In this document: positions 27,325 through 32,073 of the stretch, one piece after another
Numbering within the stretch: the first letter of the stretch is position 1
How the letters are laid out: every line of letters begins with the position of its first letter
Assembly: GCA_039810425.1 (NCBI GenBank)
Contig: JBDHWW010000036.1
Span: 1-32,073, forward strand
Reading direction: 5' to 3'
DNA from: Pseudobdellovibrionaceae bacterium
Lineage (GTDB): Bacteria > Bdellovibrionota > Bdellovibrionia > Bdellovibrionales > Bdellovibrionaceae
Length of the DNA: 32,073 bases
Translations under genes and position numbers: made by a program
Notes under the pieces: generated by a model
The model's database searches: none
The model's input: only the letters and a program-made list of their open reading frames with translations
What the model was told of the DNA's origin: nothing

Positions 27325-28203
27325 ATGAAAAGCATGACTGGTTATGGCACCTCTAAGGCACAGCAAAAGGATCTCAACATTGAAGTGAGCATTCGTACGG
27401 TGAATGGCCGCTTTCTCGATACGAGGTTCCATTTGCCGCGCGAATTCGTGCCTTTTGAAGCGGATCTTAGAAAAATTTTGAATGAAAAAATTCTTCGAGG
27501 AACGGTGGATATTTTTGTCAGCCGCCGTAACAAAGGTGCACAGGAAGCCGCCGAAGTGCGCGTGAATGAAGAGCTTGCAAAAAAATATCTCAGTGCTTTT
27601 CAGAAAATTTCAAAAGCGACGAAGCTCCCGGCGAATTTGCATCTGGAAGTTCTGGCACGCATGCCGGATGTGATTCAGCTTGAAGATAAATCTGAAGTGA
27701 CAACTCACGAAGAAAAGTTGTTAAAATCCGTTTTCACGAAAGCCTGCGGCGATTGCGTGAAAGAGCGGGAGCGGGAAGGCAAGTTTTTGCAAAAAGAACT
27801 TGAAAAGCTCGTCAATGATCTTGAAAAGCAGGTAGCGATTGTGGCGGGGCTTCGCGAAGACGCCAACCGTCAGTTGCAGGAGCGTTTTGAACAAAAAATC
27901 GGCAGCCGTCTGAAGGGTCAAGAGGTGGATCCCCAGCGGTTGACTCAGGAAATTGTGATCCAGCTTGAAAAAGCGGATATCAACGAGGAGTTGGTGCGCC
28001 TGACGGAGCATCTTAAAAACTATAAAGACCTGTTAAAAAGTGCTCAGGCGGAGGGCAAAAAGCTTGATTTCTACACCCAGGAATTGCTTCGTGAGGTGAA
28101 CACGATCGGCTCAAAGTCTCAGGTAGCCAAGATCACTCAGGCTGTGGTAGAAGCGAAAACACTCATTGAAAGACTCAGGGAACAGGTTCAGAACGTAGAG
28201 TAA
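27325..28203 (+). CDS. yicC: YicC/YloC-family endoribonuclease
   Basis: MKSMTGYG, KADINEELVRL, GKKLDFYTQELLREVNTIGSK, REQVQNVE. Confidence 0.95.
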   Translation: MKSMTGYGTSKAQQKDLNIEVSIRTVNGRFLDTRFHLPREFVPFEADLRKILNEKILRGTVDIFVSRRNKGAQEAAEVRVNEELAKKYLSAFQKISKATKLPANLHLEVLARMPDVIQLEDKSEVTTHEEKLLKSVFTKACGDCVKEREREGKFLQKELEKLVNDLEKQVAIVAGLREDANRQLQERFEQKIGSRLKGQEVDPQRLTQEIVIQLEKADINEELVRLTEHLKNYKDLLKSAQAEGKKLDFYTQELLREVNTIGSKSQVAKITQAVVEAKTLIERLREQVQNVE

Positions 28204-28241
28204 TAATTGGCTCGTAGAGCGAGACGGTGCCTAGGCGGGTT

Positions 28242-28799
28242 ATGAAAACGAGAATGATCATTGTCGCAGCTCCGAGCGGGGCCGGCAAAAGCAGCTTTGT
28301 AGAACGTGCATGTCGCGAGTTGCCTCGTCTTGAGGACACAGTGACATACACGACTCGAGGCATGCGTAAAGGCGAGAGCCAAGGTCATCCCTACAACTTT
28401 GTCACCCGGGAAGAGTTCGAAGCTAAAATCAAAGAAAACTTCTTCGTGGAGTGGGCTACGGTACACACTAACCTCTATGGGACTCCTTATTATCAGCTCG
28501 AAAACGCCTGGATTCAGGGTAAATGCATCATCATGGATGTGGATGTTCAGGGGGCTGATACTTTTAAGGCGAAGTATCCAGATGCGGTTTCGGTTTTCAT
28601 TCTCCCCCCAAGTATCGACGAGTTGCGTCGTAGAATTGAGAAGCGCGATGGAAGGGTGCCGTCGGATATCGAGATTCGCATGGCGAACGCGGAAAAGGAA
28701 GTCCAACAGGCCTCCAGGTTCGATTATCAGATCGTGAATGATCAATTTGATCACTCCTACGCTCAATTTAAAAAAATCGTTGAAGAATTGCTGTCTTAG
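28242..28799 (+). CDS. gmk: Guanylate kinase
   Basis: APSGAGKS, TTRGMRKGE, NLYGT, DVDVQGA, FILPPS. Confidence 0.97.
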   Translation: MKTRMIIVAAPSGAGKSSFVERACRELPRLEDTVTYTTRGMRKGESQGHPYNFVTREEFEAKIKENFFVEWATVHTNLYGTPYYQLENAWIQGKCIIMDVDVQGADTFKAKYPDAVSVFILPPSIDELRRRIEKRDGRVPSDIEIRMANAEKEVQQASRFDYQIVNDQFDHSYAQFKKIVEELLS

Positions 28800-28808
28800 G
28801 GATAACTT
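28780..28808 (+). promoter_or_regulatory. Possible internal promoter for rpoZ
   Basis: TTGAAG-N17-TAACTT upstream of a GGAGG RBS. Confidence 0.4.
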
Positions 28809-28829
28809 AGCCCCTTTCGGGAGGCATGA

Positions 28830-29072
28830 ATGGCGCGCGTTACGGTAGAAGACTGCTTAAACAAGGTTCCTAATCGTTTTGCTTTGGTTTTGATGGTTTC
28901 AAAAAGAGCTAAGCAACTACTCAAAGGTTCTGAGTGCACAGTGGCAGCTCGTAGTAACAAGTATATCGTGAGTGCTCTTCGTGAGGTTGCTGCGGGTAAT
29001 GTTGGTTACGATGACAATCACTCTGATCCGGTGGGTTTGCTTGCTGAGATTGAAAGGGACCTCAACAAATAA
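28830..29072 (+). CDS. rpoZ: RNA polymerase omega subunit
   Basis: [10 protein letters not shown]...NRFALVL...KRAKQL...ALREV. Confidence 0.97.
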   Translation: MARVTVEDCLNKVPNRFALVLMVSKRAKQLLKGSECTVAARSNKYIVSALREVAAGNVGYDDNHSDPVGLLAEIERDLNK

Positions 29073-29177
29073 GACTTGGTCTAAAGTCTTAAATATCTGA
29101 AAATACGAGTCAATTTCGCAATCGCCAGGAGGAATCTTCCTGGTGTCCTAAGGCCCTCTGAGATATGATCGATAGGT

Positions 29178-31394
29178 ATGTCAGAGAGCCACGTGGAAGG
29201 CGGTCTTTCCCAAAGACCCACAAAAACCCTAGAAGAACTTTTAAATAAAATCAGATCCTATTTTCCACAGGCTGATCTCAAGATTATTGAGAAAGCATAT
29301 TACTTTTCTGAAAAAGCTCATGAAGGTCAAATTCGTCGGTCGGGTGAGCCTTATATTTCGCATCCATTGGCTGTCGGTGGGATTCTTGCCGACTTACATT
29401 TAGATTTAGACTCGATCGCGACGGGGCTTTTACACGACACGGTTGAAGACACGCATGCGACTCTTGAAGACATTCGCCGTGAGTTTGGCGATTCTGTGGC
29501 CCAGCTCGTGGATGGCGTCACGAAGATCTCGCAGATGAAGTTTAAAAACAGCTATGAGAAGCAGGGCGAGAACATTCGCAAGATGATCGTAGCGATGGGG
29601 CGCGACGTGCGTGTGCTTCTGGTGAAGCTCTGTGATCGTTTGCACAATATGCGCACGATGAATTTCATGCCGTTTGAAAAGCAAGAGCGTATCGCCATGG
29701 AGACGCTCGAAATCTATTGCCCCCTGGCGGGCCGTATGGGTATCAGCTCCCTGAAAATTGAACTCGAAGACCTGTGCTTCCGCTACTATCGTCCGGACAT
29801 GTACTACGAGCTTGTGCAAAAAGTCCGTAAGACTGAGGCGGAGCAAAATCGCTATATTGAAGATGTGAAAAACGTGATCAGTAAAGATCTCGAAAAGGCG
29901 GGCTTTAAGTTTGAGGTGTTTGGCCGGTCGAAGCACTTGTGGTCGATCTACAAGAAAATGCAAAGCCGTAATATCGACTACGAACAGCTCTATGACGTGC
30001 TGGCCTTCCGTGTGATTGTAGAAAGTGTGGCGGAGTGCTATGGCGTGCTGGGGCTTGTCCACTCGTTGTGGAAACCCATTCCTGGGCGTTTTAAAGACTT
30101 CATTGCCATGCCAAAGACGAATAATTACCAATCACTGCATACGACGGTGATTGGTCCCGGCGGGGAGCGTATCGAAATTCAAATCCGCACGCGTGAAATG
30201 CATCTCGTCGCTGAGCGTGGTATCGCGGCCCACTGGAAATACAAAGAGCGTGGCAAGGCGGCGGAGGATAGCGAATTCCAACAAGTGAATTGGCTGAAAG
30301 ACCTCGTCAACTCTCATCAACAAGTTAAAAACGCGGATGAGTTCCTCGATAGCGTGAAGACTGATCTTTTTGATTCTGAAATTTACGTTTTCACTCCGAA
30401 AGGGGACGTGCGTGAGTTCCCTGAAGGTGCAACTCCATTAGATTTCGCCTATGCGGTTCATACTGAGCTCGGGAATAAGTGTACCGGCGCCCGTATCAAT
30501 GGCAAGATGGTGCCTTTGAGATATCAATTGCAGAACGGGGACACGGTTGAAATCGTGACTTCAAAAACGCAAGAGCCCTCGAAAGACTGGCTCAAGTTCG
30601 CAGTCACCAATAAAGCAAAACAAAAAATCCGCCAATATGTCAAAGAAGAGCAACGCCGTCGTTCTCTGGCTTTGGGGAAAGATCTTATCGAGAAAGAATT
30701 CCGTAAGTTCGGTATGGCGGCTGTGAAGCACCTCAAAGGCCTTGAGTACGAGACTTTCTTAAAGGAAAACGGGCTTAAGGATTTGGAGGAGCTGTATGTG
30801 AAAGTCGGTTATGGGCGTTTGGAGCCTCGGCATCTGGTGAACCGTGTGTCGCCGGCGACGATTGCGAAAGAAGCGGCGAAGACTGAAGAGACGACGTTCA
30901 TGGAGAAGGTGGTTAAGGCCGCCGCCCAGAAAACACGTAAGAGTAATTCGCTTGTCAGTGTCGATGGGATGGATGACGTGCTCGTGCATTTTGCAAAGTG
31001 CTGTCATCCGATTCCAGGCGATCCCATCAGTGGATTTATTTCGCGTGGTAGGGGCGTCACGGTCCACCGCGCGGATTGTCCGAAGGCCTTTGAACTCGAT
31101 CAATTTCGTAAAGTCGATGTTGCGTGGACTAGCACGCAGGCCAGTGACGGCCAAGAGCGTATGGTGCGTGTTCGGGTTATCAGCCACGACGTGCCGGGTT
31201 TGCTAAAATCCATGTCCGAGGTTTTTGCGGTTCAAGGGATCAATATAGAATCGGCGCAGATCCGTACAACCAAAGACAAAAAGGCGGTCTGTAACTTCGA
31301 AGTCAGTGTGAAAGACGCCAGCCAGCTCAACAACGCAATCTACGAACTGCAAAAAATCAAAGGCATCCTCGGCGTCACCCGCGTCTTCCACTAA
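29178..31394 (+). CDS. rel: Bifunctional (p)ppGpp synthetase/hydrolase (long RSH)
   Basis: Intact HD motif LLHDTVED; synthetase RFKD and YQSLHT; TGS, AKCC and ACT regions. Confidence 0.96.
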   Translation: MSESHVEGGLSQRPTKTLEELLNKIRSYFPQADLKIIEKAYYFSEKAHEGQIRRSGEPYISHPLAVGGILADLHLDLDSIATGLLHDTVEDTHATLEDIRREFGDSVAQLVDGVTKISQMKFKNSYEKQGENIRKMIVAMGRDVRVLLVKLCDRLHNMRTMNFMPFEKQERIAMETLEIYCPLAGRMGISSLKIELEDLCFRYYRPDMYYELVQKVRKTEAEQNRYIEDVKNVISKDLEKAGFKFEVFGRSKHLWSIYKKMQSRNIDYEQLYDVLAFRVIVESVAECYGVLGLVHSLWKPIPGRFKDFIAMPKTNNYQSLHTTVIGPGGERIEIQIRTREMHLVAERGIAAHWKYKERGKAAEDSEFQQVNWLKDLVNSHQQVKNADEFLDSVKTDLFDSEIYVFTPKGDVREFPEGATPLDFAYAVHTELGNKCTGARINGKMVPLRYQLQNGDTVEIVTSKTQEPSKDWLKFAVTNKAKQKIRQYVKEEQRRRSLALGKDLIEKEFRKFGMAAVKHLKGLEYETFLKENGLKDLEELYVKVGYGRLEPRHLVNRVSPATIAKEAAKTEETTFMEKVVKAAAQKTRKSNSLVSVDGMDDVLVHFAKCCHPIPGDPISGFISRGRGVTVHRADCPKAFELDQFRKVDVAWTSTQASDGQERMVRVRVISHDVPGLLKSMSEVFAVQGINIESAQIRTTKDKKAVCNFEVSVKDASQLNNAIYELQKIKGILGVTRVFH

Positions 31395-31413
31395 AAGGTA
31401 CCAGGTCGCTTTT
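31393..31413. repeat. REP-like imperfect palindrome next to the RAYT gene
   Basis: AAAAG-GT-ACCAGGT-CG-CTTTT between the convergent rel and transposase stops; only one copy in the window. Confidence 0.4.
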
Positions 31414-31426
31414 CGGAATTGACTTT

Positions 31427-31987
31427 CTAAAAAAGACTTTCTTCGAGACGGTGCGGCTGCTTGTTGGACGGGTTTCTTGGTAAGAAAAACTCTTTTCTTT
31501 TCAGAGCTCTCGTCAGCGTTTTCACGTCGCTGGCTAGGGGCGCGTCGTTTAGCCATTTTAAGGTGGTTAAATTAAGTTCAAAATCCGAGAAAAGAAAGTG
31601 ATCTTCTTCAAGTGGGATAGTCATTTTCCTTTTACCAAGGAGCCCCTGGAGAGTGCTGAACTCATAATCTTCACATGCTTGGCTTAGGCCGGCTTGGACT
31701 GGATTTCGGTAAACATATTTGTACACATTATTCCAATAATGGACCTTTTTGATAAGAGTTCTATAGTAGCGACTACCATAGAATTGATCTTCTCTTTTAA
31801 GAGTTCGATTAAATTCTTTACTTGTTTCCCGCATAAAGTAATTCATGGCCTCGCTGAGATTTCCAAGTGGAGTTGTGACAATAAGATGAAAATGATTACT
31901 CATAAGAACAAATGAGTGAATTCTAAGATTGTATGCATGCTTTATGAAAAAGAGGTGGTTGCTCATAATTTCCCAGGCGATAGGCAT
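31427..31987 (-). CDS. REP-associated tyrosine transposase (RAYT, HUH/Y1), N-terminus possibly truncated
   Basis: FVLMSNHFHL (HUH), YVYRNPVQAGL (catalytic Tyr plus NP), YEFST; more AT-rich than neighbours. Confidence 0.85.
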   Translation of the reverse strand: MPIAWEIMSNHLFFIKHAYNLRIHSFVLMSNHFHLIVTTPLGNLSEAMNYFMRETSKEFNRTLKREDQFYGSRYYRTLIKKVHYWNNVYKYVYRNPVQAGLSQACEDYEFSTLQGLLGKRKMTIPLEEDHFLFSDFELNLTTLKWLNDAPLASDVKTLTRALKRKEFFLPRNPSNKQPHRLEESLF

Positions 31988-32073
31988 ATCGATAGGGATA
32001 TTAACCAGAGCAATACATAGTTTGCATTTTTCCCAGAAAAATTGTAGTCTGAGGAGATGGGCAAAGACGGACG

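Overview
Bacterial chromosomal window. Gene content and style suggest a Bdellovibrionota-like organism (inference, not verified by search). About 7.2-31.4 kb is mostly conserved core: rimP-nusA-infB-rbfA-truB-rpsO-pnp-M16 peptidase-dut, a block of envelope/hypothetical genes with a Dpm1-like glycosyltransferase, mutL-miaA, and yicC-gmk-rpoZ-rel. A REP-associated (HUH/Y1) transposase follows at the right edge. The most unusual part is 1-5.9 kb. A minus-strand tRNA-Leu gene (4617-4972) is split in its anticodon loop by a 269-nt Azoarcus-like (IC3) group I intron. Splicing rebuilds a CAA anticodon, so the 5' splice site is a C-G pair rather than the near-universal U-G wobble. Directly downstream of the tRNA 3' end is a tyrosine integrase followed by an AraC / M14 peptidase / SDR operon (probable island running off the left edge). 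Other points of interest are a secreted Cys-rich defensin-motif protein, a sigma54+IHF promoter on an outer-membrane protein, several probable leaderless genes, and structured intergenic elements with GNA-triloop hairpins.
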